Source: Vicugna vicugna (Eukaryota). From it: DNA of 64,000 nucleotides. A program made the position numbers and the translations under genes. Under the pieces are notes generated by a model that did not search any database, was not told the origin of the DNA, and saw only the letters and a program-made list of their open reading frames with translations. The stretch is from NCBI GenBank assembly GCA_013265495.1, contig MU057552.1:223748-287747 (forward strand), written 5' to 3'. The first letter of the stretch is position 1. Every line of letters starts with the position of its first letter. Positions 27,001 to 38,190 of this stretch are shown piece by piece.

Positions 27001-27112
27001 AGAGTTTGGCAGGTGATCTGGTTGGCTGAGTGGGTCCATAGATGTGAGTTTTGGTGTATTTTTGGGAGAGGGTGAGCTGCAAGCATCCTTCTACTCCACC
27101 ATCTTGCTTCTC
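24066..27112 (-). mobile_element. L1 with intact 5' end and internal deletion (5' UTR + ORF1 + 3' end, no EN/RT) in GBP intron 3
   Basis: Begins GAGAAGCAAGATGGTGG (YY1-type L1 start). GC-rich 5' UTR at about 25800-27112, ORF1 at 25784-24885, junction at about 24742 to the last ~0.68 kb of L1, then a T-tail. Degenerate TSD ctgtg(t/c)t..tttt at 24057 and 27113, ending at TTTT|AA. Confidence 0.88.
24885..25784 (-). pseudogene. L1 ORF1p remnant
   Basis: MSNMMKQRNHSQLKEQEKSPE...NRLDNAEE*IIDLEDR...NIRDLWDN...NLCIIGVPE...ILKAAR...MLKEILKCLL*, with stops and frameshifts. Confidence 0.85.
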
Positions 27113-28326
27113 CTGTGCTTTTTTTTAAAGCCATATATAAAACAATGATATAATCTTGTTGTTGAAATAATTGTTTGCCGTAAGTGCTACTTCTTACCCT
27201 AATTGATTATTTTTAAAAATTGGGTTTTTGGGAAAGAAAGTAATGAATAGAATATTATCCCCCCAAACTCCCATTTAGAAACTTCTCAACAAAAATCACA
27301 GTTTTTGCATTTGCACTGGGAGCAACTTTACATGTCTTTTATAATAAAAACAATTTCTGGTTTATGCCATTATTTAGACAATGCTATGATTTATACAATT
27401 TAGCCTGGGCTTTAAGGCCCTTGATTAGGCTGCATGAAAGCTCCCCTTAACTTCTCCACTTACCATCAGCTCCAGTCAAGTCAAATGACTCCATTTTAAC
27501 TACAAGACCCCTGTATTCTCCCATCTCTAATTTTGTTTCTCTGGGTGTTTCTGTCTTTGAGATCTCCTTCATTTCTTCAGTTCCATATTTACCAGTTCTT
27601 TAATATTCAGCTCAAGACTTTGAGGAAGGTTTCAGACCATATATTTTTTCTCCAACTTTCATAGCTCTGTTTTTCCTTGATAGACTTCTAAATTTTAGTT
27701 TAGTGTTAAAGCTATAGGTTCTACTGCTTATATACATTACTGAGAGTAAGCCTTTTACAGATACTGCTATCTTTGTTGCACATACTGTTATGGATGTTTG
27801 CTCACTGCTTTGAAATAGTCATATTGAAACGAATAATTTTCAATTTCAGCACTGCTTTTTTAATATCTAAGAACAGTGGGGGATATTTAATAGCTTCCTG
27901 CAATTATTTATTGATTGTATACAATTTTAATGCCCAGCTATACCAACTATGATATATTTTATATGGACTCTGATTAATAAATATATGTAGAATGAATAAG
28001 TGCCCATACTCATCACTGCATACCTAATTGCACAACAGGTATTGTATTAGTTTTTCTGTATATGTTATTTTACTTTATCCAATCGAGGAAAAAGAAAGCA
28101 CTGTGAAAATTAGAATCCTTTTATATATGAAAAATTTGCAAACACAAGAAATGTCTCTGTAGTTGTCAAAGTTGATATCTTCATTTACATCTGTTTTCAA
28201 GCAATTTCTTAGCATGGTGAGTAGGTTAGATGAAATAATAAATGAAACCATGAATGAATAAGTGTATGGAAGAACTTCTAATTTAGGGGTAAATTTCTAA
28301 TTCTCTTTTTCTAATGTGATTTCTAG

Positions 28327-28436
28327 GATGAGTCTAAGAAGGATTCATGGATCTTTGCCCTGGCCGTGCTTCTGTGCAGTAGCTTTGTCTACAACAGCAT
28401 GAGCACCATCAACCCCCAGGCCCTGGAGCAGCTGCA
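28327..28436 (+). CDS. GBP6: GBP6-like exon 4 (open)
   Basis: ttctag| acceptor. Reads DESKKDSWIFALAVLLCSSFVYNSMSTINPQALEQLH (110 nt). Donor GTATCCTT is U12 type. Confidence 0.9.
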
Positions 28437-28773
28437 GTATCCTTCCAGGTCTTGAAACACTGTTTCACTGAATTCATGGGAATGGAGATAGAATCAGTCT
28501 CTCCTTCCCTGTCATTTAATTTCCTTGGGTGGAGCAGATGGGATACATGGCAAAAGAGAGTGCTTATAATACTTTTATATTCGAGAAATGTGGGAATTGT
28601 GGTAATGAGTATTCATGGGAATGGAGATAGAATCAGTCTCTCCTTCCCTGTCATTTAATTTCCTCGTGTGGAGCAGATGGGATACATGGCAAAAGAGAGT
28701 GTTTATAATACTTTTATTTCGAGAAATGTTGGAATTGTTGGTAATGAGTTTCTTTTCCTTGACCAAGTCCTAG
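28437..28773 (+). other. U12-type (minor spliceosome) GT-AG intron
   Basis: 5' splice site GTATCCTT. Branch point TTCCTTGAC at 28755-28763, about 10 nt from the AG at 28772-28773, with no polypyrimidine tract between them. Confidence 0.88.
28472..28749 (+). repeat. Direct tandem duplication, 2 x 139 bp, inside the U12 intron
   Basis: 28472-28610 versus 28611-28749, 4 substitutions and 2 single-base indels. Confidence 0.95.
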
Positions 28774-28970
28774 TTATGTGACAGAACTTGCAAAACTCAT
28801 CAGGGTGAAGTCCTCTCAAACACCTGATAGAGTAGAAGATTCCACAGAATTTGTGAGTTTCTTTCCAGACTTTATCTGGACTGTACGGGATTTCACCCTG
28901 GAGCTGAAGTTACATGGTCAGCCTATCACAGAAGATAAGTACTTGGAGAATGCCCTGAAGCTGATTCCAG
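28774..28970 (+). CDS. GBP6: GBP6-like exon 5 (G4 motif, open)
   Basis: [65 protein letters not shown], 197 nt, AG/GT flanks. Confidence 0.92.
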
Positions 28971-30296
28971 GTATCAGAGTATGGCCTGGGCAGTGTATGG
29001 TCCAATAGAGGGTGGGATCTACTAAACACTGTCCCTTATCTCTGTGATTGCATTTGTATTTGAGGCTAAATCAAAGTCTGTGGAAATGGTGGCTGGAAAG
29101 TGGGTTGCAAAGATCTAGGGGCTACAGTTGAAGTTTACTTAAGAAAAGTAAAGTGTAAAGAGAAATTACTTAGAGCCAATTTGTTTTTTATACATCTTTA
29201 AATTTAGCATCCAGATTTAAATGGGTGCTGAAACTTTCTGAAGACTGGACACTGTGATTCCTATTTTGGCTTCTGCTTGTTTCTGTTGAAGAAAACAACT
29301 AATCAGCTAATTGTTAGACATGAAACTGCAGTGAAAAGCCTATCTAATGAACAAAATATATATTTCACATATTATTTTTATCAAAGAGGGATATATAATT
29401 TTCTAATCCTGTATAATTGTATCATCTACAAAATGATTGTATGCTCTAAATAAACCTGAAGAAGTGACTGTCTTTACAATCTATGCTTTTTCAATAATAC
29501 TAATTATTAGAACATTCATTTTATCTTCCATATCATAGCTTTCTCTTAATTCCCACATGTTTACCCATGATTTAATTACAAGATAATAAATTATTTCCAT
29601 GGGTTACATTTACAAGGATGAGTGTCTATCGAAACCTTGTGAAAAATATCAATTCCAATTTATTCATTCTTACTTTCATGTTTCTATTTATGCTTTCTCA
29701 AAACACCTATTGAGAGATTGGATGGCAGGAGAGGACCAGATATAATCATTTACTCAAGAGTTTATAGATTAGTGGTGATACCTTAAAATTACATTTCAGG
29801 TGCATTTACCCTTCAGAGGTTTTTGCTAAAAAATAGATAACACTGCATCAATTACTTTTAGCATCAAAACAGTTTTCCTTATATAATGATGGTGTCATTC
29901 CTAATATTCCAATTATTGTCCATGATCCCTTGTTTTTAGCTCTTCTTTTTGCTTTCACAGCCCAATTCCTACATGAGGTCGAGTTGAGTAGAAAGTTTAA
30001 TTTGACCTTTCATCCTTTTAGCTGCTAGTTCAGTAGATACCTAATAGACAACCACTCTACTCCGTGCAGTTCTGGAGAGACCAGCCATAGGTTTGCTTTA
30101 CTGTATCAGATTTCTCCCTAAATTTCTCAACAGTTATATCATTGGTGTAAGTCTGATGTGCAAAGAAGCATTGACTATGTTAAAGGATTTCTATGCATAG
30201 AAGATGGCAAAGACACACAAATCCCTGCTGGAAGCAGCTGTATCCCCCTTGCCTCAAGACTCTCCACACTTTAATCCCCGTTTTTCTGTCCCTCAG

Positions 30297-30542
30297 GGAA
30301 GAATCCTAAAGCCCAAACATCCAATCTAACCAGAGAGTGCATCAGGCAATTCTTTCCAAGACGGAAGTGTTTTGTCTTTGACCGGCCAACAAATGACAAA
30401 GAAATTCTAGCCAATATTGGGATGGTATCTGAAGACCAACTGGATCCTAAATTCCAGGAGCAAACAAAAAATTTCTGTTCTTACATCTTCGCTGATGCAA
30501 GGACCAAGACCCTCACAGAAGGAATCATGGTCACTGGGAAAC
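30297..30542 (+). CDS. GBP6: GBP6-like exon 6 (open)
   Basis: GKNPKAQTSNLTRECIRQFFPRRKCFVFDRPTNDKEILANIGMVSEDQLDPKFQEQTKNFCSYIFADARTKTLTEGIMVTGK, 246 nt, ctcag|...|GTGAGT. Confidence 0.92.
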
Positions 30543-31293
30543 GTGAGTCTCTTTTTCCCATTTCCGTGGGTACTGATATGTGCTGAATATTTAATATAAT
30601 GAGTTTTCTAGTATTTTTGTTTGATTCTATAAAGAATTCTGATTTTACAGACATTTATACTCATGAAGAAATCTGTATACCTTATAATTATCTCACTTTG
30701 GGGGATTTACAAATCCCTCCCCCAAATTGCAATGTTTGTCACTGATATCTGTGGCTTCCATTTATCTGAAAACATCCTCCACTTAGAATGAAATCACTCT
30801 CTTGGTATAAAAACAGAATACTCAATATTTTCAAAGGAAGTCCTATACAGTAATTGTTCTTCACAAGGAGAATTCAAAAGATATTTTGAGAATTTAGAGT
30901 GGTCCAAAAATATATATTAGCCCATAAATCACTGAAAATCCATTCAAAGCCTCAGAATTAGGAATACATTAAACATGGTACACCTTCCTTCATATGTCTA
31001 CCTATGAAATCTATATTGTTTTCAATTTTTAAAATGAGACACTTTATTTTTCAGGTAACCCTTAGTATGTTAGATAGAAATAGATAATAACATTTTTAGT
31101 CCTGTGGCCTGGAAAACCATAAAAATGAAGGGTCAGTAGGAAAATGAAGGTGATAAAAATAGAAGAAGTTTGGGGTGCATGTGTGTGTTTGTGTGTGTGC
31201 ATGTGTATATGATCCTAGAAGTGAAGTCTCAGAATCCTGGAGCCATTGACTGATAACTTGATATTTAGCCCCTAAATTTTCTGGCTTCTTCAG

Positions 31294-31571
31294 GGCTGAG
31301 GACTCTTGTGACCTACGTGGACACTATCAATAGCAGAGCAGTACCTTGCTTGGAGAACGCAGTGACATCTCTGGCCCAGCTGGAGAACTCAGCTGCCATT
31401 CAGAAGGCAGCCAACCACTACAGCAAGCAGATGGCCCAGAGAGTTAGCTTCCCCACAGACACACTGCAGGAGCTGCTGGAGGAGCATGTTGCCTGTGAGA
31501 GGGAAGCCACTGCAGTCTTCATGGAGCACTCCTTCAAGGATGACAAGCAGGAGTTCCAGAAGAATCTTGTG
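31294..31571 (+). CDS. GBP6: GBP6-like exon 7 (open; one codon shorter than usual)
   Basis: RLRTLVTYVDTINSRAVPCLENAVTSLAQLENSAAIQKAANHYSKQMAQRVSFPTDTLQELL...FQKNLV, 278 nt, AG/GT flanks. Confidence 0.92.
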
Positions 31572-32276
31572 GTAATCTGTCTTAGTATTTACCATATGTC
31601 TCTTCCCCTTGAAGAATGAAGCCTAGAAGTGCCGTTATTGGTCCCATGGCTCATCTCTTACTCAGGGATAAAGTAGTCCATGTCCTCATGAGGGACAGAG
31701 TTTCAAAGGAATACATTTCCTTCTTTTTTCACTGCCAGACCTCAGACAGTTTATCTGGAACACTCTTTGACCTTCAATGCAAAATCAGTATAGATATCCT
31801 CTTAAAATAAATACTTCTGTGGATTCCAAGCCTTTGCAGAACACCCAAAAGACATTCTTTAGCTGGTTTCTTTTTCTGTGAACACGCTCCTATGCTTAGG
31901 AACAAAAATTTCTCTTTTCAGATCCACATCTCAGGCCACTTTCAGCTTAGGTTACTCCTTTTTGTATCTATCATTGAAGACAGATAGAATCACTGAATGT
32001 GGCAGCTTCAAGGAACCACAGAGATTAGGTAATGCAACTCCAACAGCTCAGATGAAATACCCAAAAGGAGGTTAGGGAACTTTACCATGGTCTTCCAGAG
32101 TTTCCAGGGCTGTAAATAAATCAACTCTTATGACTGCTGTTTTATTACATGTCCTCCAACAGAATACTTTTCTCATGAGGACCACAGTTAGACCAATCCT
32201 TCTACCAGATACTTTGGAAATTTACCTCCTCTGTTCCTTGCTTCTGGTGACATCCATCTATCTTTTTACCCTCCAG

Positions 32277-32489
32277 GAAATCATAAAGAATAAGAAAGAG
32301 GATTTCTTGATGCAGAATGAAGAGACATCAATCAAATACTGCCAGACTAAACTTGATCAGCTTTCAAAGACACTAATAGAAAGTATCTCAGCAGGAACTT
32401 TCTCTGTTCCTGGAGGTCATGAACTCTACAGAAAAGCAAAGGAAATTATTGAAAGGGAATATCATCAAGTGCCCAGGAAAGGAGTGAAG
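32277..32489 (+). CDS. GBP6: GBP6-like exon 8 (open)
   Basis: EIIKNKKEDFLMQNEETSIKYCQTKLDQLSKTLIESISAGTFSVPGGHELY...VPRKGVK, 213 nt, ctccag|...|GTAAGG. Confidence 0.92.
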
Positions 32490-33410
32490 GTAAGGAATAA
32501 GGGAAACATGGGGAACCTACAGAATAGAGTCAAAGGGGTCTCCTGAAAATCTGAGAGCTCAGCTCCATGCATGCATAAAGAGAGAGCATGGGGCTATTTG
32601 AGCAGTTTTGGCTCTTAAGGTCCACTGCATGCTATTTATTCCTGAAGAGAGTAGAAATGTCGACTCCCAACCATGAGTACAGATTTCTTAAATCCACAAG
32701 AGACAGAACAGAAATTATGCATTTTTTTAATCAACAACATGATATTTGATATGTTGAGCACTGACAATTTACAAGTCAGTCTTTGTATCCAAGGATGACT
32801 ACAAGTGAGGCAGGAAGTCAACTACATAAACAATTGCATACAAAGTTATAACACTCAGGAAAGAGCTACTTAGGTGGTAGAAACAATCATAAAAATAAAA
32901 AAACAACAACAATAATAATGCAACTAATATATACTGAACTTTTGTTTCCTATAGCCAAAATGTTAAGCTCTTTCCCTAGACTAATTTAATCTTTCAAATA
33001 GCATTAAGAAGCATCTACTTTCATTATCAACATTTTAAAAATCTGAGCTGAGAAGCATAGGTAGGTTAAAATAAGTTATCTAAAGTTATAGTCAGCTAGT
33101 GGCAGAGGAGAACAGTAGCACAACTTAGAGGCAATATTTCATATTGGGAAGGCAGGTATGTAAAAGCACCAGAGATTATGGGTTTGTAGAACTGAACATT
33201 GTTCTGACTAGCTGGAATCTAGGGTGCAGAGGAAGAAGTAGCACTGGGCAAGAGACTGGAGGGAGATAGGTCACTCTAAGGAGATTGGACTTGTAAGGAA
33301 CCATTATGGAATTTTAAACATGAAGTAAAATTTACATGGACATACTTGTCTTGGCAGTACTAATCTCTCTATTGGAAATCTAATTTCTGTGCTCCTTCTT
33401 GGTTCCTCAG

Positions 33411-33513
33411 GCAAATGAGGTCCTCCAGAGCTTTCTGCAGTCACAGGTGGCAATAGAGAAATCCATCCTGCAGGCAGATAAATCCCTCACTGATGGGGAG
33501 AAGGCCATAGCAG
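33411..33513 (+). CDS. GBP6: GBP6-like exon 9 (open)
   Basis: ANEVLQSFLQSQVAIEKSILQADKSLTDGEKAIA, 103 nt, AG/GT flanks. Confidence 0.92.
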
Positions 33514-33855
33514 GTACGGGGTAGGGCTGGGCTCACAGTGAGATGAGTAGGTTCTTGCAGTGCCCTCTGACAGGTGTGAGAGCAAAACCTTCCCAATACA
33601 AGGAGCTTCCTTCCTTTCTGTGGAACAACCCTGCTGCATTTGGAAACAGCAAATAGAACTGTGGTTGGATGCCAGACAGACAGAACCTTTCCCCTCACAT
33701 TCTGAAGTGTGCTGTTAATGGTGTGGACATGGGGTGCGGGTGGACTTCAGAGATTTCCTACCTCTCTCTTCAATTTGGTTTTGTCTCTGAGCTCAGGAGG
33801 GTGGAGGTCATTTCTTACCTTATTTTCTTCCCTGTCTAATACCTCCCTGGGACAG

Positions 33856-34049
33856 AGGAGCGGGCCAGGAAGGAGACAGCTGAGAAGGAACAGGAGCTGC
33901 TGAAACAGAAACTGCAGGAGCAGCAGCAGCAGGTGGAGGCTCAGAATAGGAGTCTCCAGGAACACATAGACCAGCTGATGGAGAAGCTGGTGAGGGAAAG
34001 AGAAAACCTGCTGAGAGAGCAGAGCAAGATGTTGGAGCATCAGCTGAAG
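33856..34049 (+). CDS. GBP6: GBP6-like exon 10 (helical/GED coiled coil, open)
   Basis: EERARKETAEKEQELLKQKLQEQQQQVEAQNRSLQEHIDQLMEKLVRERENLLREQSKMLEHQLK, 194 nt, gacag|...|GTGAAT. Confidence 0.9.
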
Positions 34050-35017
34050 GTGAATCATGCTGTGGTAGTAGTAGAGCTTGATAGCCTGCGCTGGTTCCTC
34101 AGCAAGGGATGGGTGAGAGTTACAGCAAGATCATGCAGGGATCACCAGTGCATCTACTGCTTGTGATTTTTTTTAAACCCTGAAGATTTGGAATCCTTCC
34201 AAAACCTTTGAGTTCTACTCTGTAAGTAGACTTTGGAGAATTCAGGATAACCATGGCCCCCACTCCAAGCTTTCAGATAATATAAATAGGGTTTAATAGT
34301 CATTTTAGGAATTTTAAAATTATCTCATAGGGCTTGATTGAACAGGTATTCCAACTACTGTGTTTAATATGTGCAACAACTAGTATGCTCTACCAAGATC
34401 ACTACGTTTTACCAGAAGCCCTGCTCAGCCCAAGGCTCTGAGGTAGATCTGTGCTGACATAAAACTACTAGAAATGTCCAGACTTAAAAACACAGGGAAA
34501 TGATAGATTTTACACTTGCTGCATTGCCTCCAGGTGTGGACAGATCCCCAAGCTATCATGTGGCTTGGAGGGATTTCTCTCATTGTCCATCTGAACATGA
34601 TTTATAAGAGATTCTTATAATTTTGTGACCATGTGTTTATAACAGATTTCTACAATATGGGTGACAGTACCATCCTGAGTAGGACTGAGAATTAGTGCAG
34701 TTAGACCAAGGCTACCTCTCACTTGCATTTTTTGACTGGAACATATTACATATGTCCTCATGTCAGGCTTAGCCTCCTGGCCAAACCTTACAGTATATGA
34801 ATATTATTAAGGCTGTAAACTACACTTTCTCTTAATATCTATGTCCAAACCAGGAACTATTCCTTGTTACAAGAGTCTCCTTTCATGATTAAGAGAGAAC
34901 AATTTTAGGAATTAATACAAGATAGTCTGACAAAGTTTTAAAGTTTGACAAAATGAAATCCTTAAAAAAATGGGGGATTTAAAAAGTTTTACTTCCTTCC
35001 TCACTTTTTTTTTTAAG

Positions 35018-35245
35018 GTCCAAGAAGATCTGCATACTGAAGGATTTAGAAAGAAATGTGAGGAGATGAATGCAGAGATAAATCATTTGAGAAAGAGGAT
35101 TGTTGATAATAAAAATGATGATAGTACCTTGCTTGCACAAGCCTTGGACAACCTTGGCAAAAGAATCACTTCATTATTGCCTGCCCCAGCTAACATTCTT
35201 GGTAACGTTGTGAAAGGAGTTGGCTCAGTATTTAAAAAGAAGTAG
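35018..35245 (+). CDS. GBP6: GBP6-like last coding exon
   Basis: T-tract acceptor ttttaag|. Reads VQEDLHTEGFRKKCEEMNAEINHLRKRIVDNKNDD...GNVVKGVGSVFKKK*, with TAG at 35243-35245. Confidence 0.9.
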   Translation, partial: VQEDLHTEGFRKKCEEMNAEINHLRKRIVDNKNDDSTLLAQALDNLGKRITSLLPAPANILGNVVKGVGSVFKKK

Positions 35246-35398
35246 CTCTCCTTGTAAAGGAATCAGATATATAATATATTATACATGTATATGCTCTGGC
35301 CTATTTCTGATGTGCATGCTTTTCACATTCATTCAGCAATGCTTTGAATATAAAAAGTGGCTTCTAGAGAATATTGATATCTGGCCCACATTAGATAG

Positions 35399-35404
35399 AA
35401 TAAA
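35399..35404 (+). terminator. Candidate polyadenylation signal
   Basis: First AATAAA after the stop codon, followed by a GT/T-rich stretch. Another AATAAA lies at 35963. Confidence 0.35.
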
Positions 35405-36439
35405 TGCATGGACAATTTAATATAGTGTGTTTACTTTTAGGAAACATATATGTGTGCAAAATCATATATATGCATATGTACATACATACAAGAGGTTCAC
35501 TGTGGCTTTGCTTCTAATGGCAAAAGATTGCAAACCACTTAATGCTCATTTATGTAATTTGGTAATATTTATTTTGCATGCACATAGACTAGAATACTAA
35601 ATGGCTAGTAAATAGATAGTGGAGCTCTATTTGTATAAGTATAGAACAATCTGGAAGATATACTGTAGAGTGAAAAAATGAGGCACAAAACAGTTAGTAT
35701 AAAGTGTTCACCATAAAAAAAGGCAATTATTGTGGGCACTCACACATATGTATATATAGAACATTTCTGGAAGATTCATTAGAAATTGGTATCATTGCTT
35801 CTTCCTGGAGAGAATAGCTTGGCATCAGGGATGGAAAGGACACATGATTTTCATTATATACTCTATCTTTTCAATTTTGCAAAGATAGCTTGTGTTATCA
35901 TTTCTCAAATAACAAAGAAAGCAAAGTATAATACTAATACTTAAAATAGTAAATGGAATGTGAATAAATGGAATTGCTCATTGCTTCTAGAAATTATATT
36001 AACCTCTTCAATAAGGGGTCTAAGACTAAGATCAAAATACTAGAAAATAAAATTTGCATCCTAATCTTGTTTTCACTTTGGCCTTGGTTTTTAATCCCTT
36101 ACATTTGCCTCAAAAATAAGGTATGAAATTTCCTGTTACCCCTTGAAATCTCAGCAAGAGTAACCTTTACTTCATAGGTTTGAATTACACTTTTAATGTG
36201 TTTAAAAACAAATTGCTAAATATTAAGAATATTCACTGCTGAGAGGAATTCCCATCCACCTTAAGTTCAGTGGTGGTGTCTCTGCTGTAGACAAGTACAG
36301 AAGGGTTGATCCACTACTGCAGAAATGGATGCCTTGACAGTACTGGGGAATGATAAAGCCAGACACACAGAGGCCAAGTGTTGGTATTTAAACATCAGAA
36401 TCCAAGTACGTACAATGAGAGTAACGAGCATTGTGATTT

Positions 36440-37300
36440 GTCTTAGCTCAGGCTGCTATAGCAAATTACCATAGACTGTGTGGCTTAGAAAACAAACATT
36501 TATTTCTCCCAGTTATGGAGGCTGTAAGTTCAAAATCAGTGTGCCAGCATTGTTATTTTCTTGGTAAGGGTCGTCTTCCAGCTTTACAGATGACAAGTTT
36601 CTTACTGTGTCCTCACATGATGAAGAGAGAGAGAGAGATAGAGAGAGAGAGAATGGATCTTATGATTCTGAGTTATATGGACACTAATTAGATTCATGAA
36701 GACCCCACACTCATTATCTAATCCCCCCAATCCCCACTTCCAAACACATTGAGACATTGGGAGTTGGGGTTTCCTCAAATGGACTTTGGAGAACACATTC
36801 ATTCAGTCTATAATATGGTTGGAGTGACAGCCAGCAGACCTGACCAGAGAAAATTCTGAAGATGGCAAATAAAACAAGGTGTCTGTAGAGAAAAAAGGAA
36901 TGGGGAGGAAACAATTAAATGGAATCAAGGATATTTATAGGAGGCTGGGAGGTAGCATAGATAAAAGGTTATAATCACTAGCCTTGATCTGAACCAATTT
37001 CAGATGATGGATCTATCACCTGGAGGGGAGGGCAGGATCCCAAGAGAAAGGACATTTCAACTCTGGGATGAGGATAAATGATAATGATTTTCACAGTCCC
37101 TCTCCAAGAGGAGTACTGGAAATGTACTTGGATCTGTGTGCTGGGAAATGAGAATGCCCAAACATTTCAAGGACTCTCAGAATCAGAATCCAAGCTACCA
37201 GTTATGTTCAGATCCTGAAAAGACATCACAGTTTCCCTGTTAGAGATGCTCATGGCATCATGGTAATAAATGCTGTCTTGGCCCAGGTGCAACTAACTTG
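36440..37300 (-). mobile_element. MaLR MLT1-type LTR (36440-36813) plus probable adjoining ERVL/MaLR internal fragment
   Basis: tgtcttagctcaggctgctatagcaaattaccatagactg...aaacatttatttctc...ggaggctg..aagttcaa...cattcagtctata. Confidence 0.65.
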
Positions 37301-37904
37301 GTCTAGTATTTGTTTTCAAATAAAAGTAAAGTTCATCTGAAGACAGACACCATTATATGTATTTTTTTCTGTACATCTTCATAGTTTATGTTTTGGCACA
37401 GAGGGTACTTAGTAGAAACTTCTGGAAAAAACAAAAAGCTGACACATGCGTGATTGTTTTCAATTGCCAGAAATCCATGAACACTCCAAAGTTCTGAGGT
37501 AACATATTGTTTGGATTTTAAATATTAGATTAAAGTCTCTAAGTTGACTTAAGTGCCAGAGGAGCAGAAGAAACTCTTTCATTACAGTCTCCCCCTCTGT
37601 GACCTATGCACACAGTCTCTGTATCTCTGTGAGGATGTGAACTCATCTGCACTGGAGACTTTAAATGATTCCATCTAGCCATGGCTTCAGGTGTTCAGAA
37701 GGAGGAATGAATGGCTTTGCCTTTAAAAGAAGAAACCATATAGTAATGAATATGTGACAAATATATCGTGGGGTTTAGTGGAAAAGCAAACAATTCTACA
37801 GAAGTGTCTGTATATTTGTCCCCACTGAGAGCTTGACTTAAGCAGATGTTCTAATTCCCTGGACTAGACACATCCTGAATTGAAGAGCAAAGAGAAGCCT
37901 TGCC

Positions 37905-38190
37905 TTTTTTAGATTCAACATGTAAGTGATATCACACTGTACTTATCTTTCTCTGACCTATCTCACTAAGCATAATGTGCTCAAGGCCCATTGATGTTGC
38001 AAATGGCAGGATATCCTCATTCCTTGTGACTGAATAATATTCCCTTGTGTATATGTATATGCACCACACCTTTTGTATCCATTCATGTGTTGATGGGCAT
38101 TTAGGATGTTTTCATTTCTTGGCTATTGTGGCTAATGCTGCAATAAACATCAGTGTAGACATCTCTTTGAAATACTGTTTCTATTTCCTT
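37905..38190 (-). mobile_element. L1 3' fragment
   Basis: tttagattc.acatgtaagtgatatc...gttgcaaatggcagg...ttggctattgtg. Confidence 0.65.

Larger units (their letters stand above)
21913..35245 (+). pseudogene. GBP6: Guanylate-binding protein gene, GBP6-like, unprocessed and 5'-disabled (10 coding exons)
   Basis: Manual spliced translation is colinear with GBP6 as I recall it: MASGP..., G1 GxxxxGKS, SDTKGIW, G3 DTEG, LAVLLCSSFVYNSM, G4 TVRD, VPCLENAV, VPRKGVK, EKEQELLKQKLQEQQQQ, C-terminus ...GVGSVFKKK with no CaaX. Coding exon sizes are 191/128/110/197/246/278/213/103/194/228, matching the GBP pattern. Lesions: TAG 21997-21999, extra C at 22067-22069, donor AT at 23030-23031. Confidence 0.9.

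Noticed and set aside
28971..28978. Second U12 intron after exon 5 (GTATCAGA)
   Set aside because: Lacks the CCTT of the U12 donor, and the acceptor at 30296 has an ordinary polypyrimidine tract.
33747..34058. Leu/Gln-rich minus-strand ORF
   Set aside because: Antisense shadow of the CAG/GAG-rich GBP exon 10.
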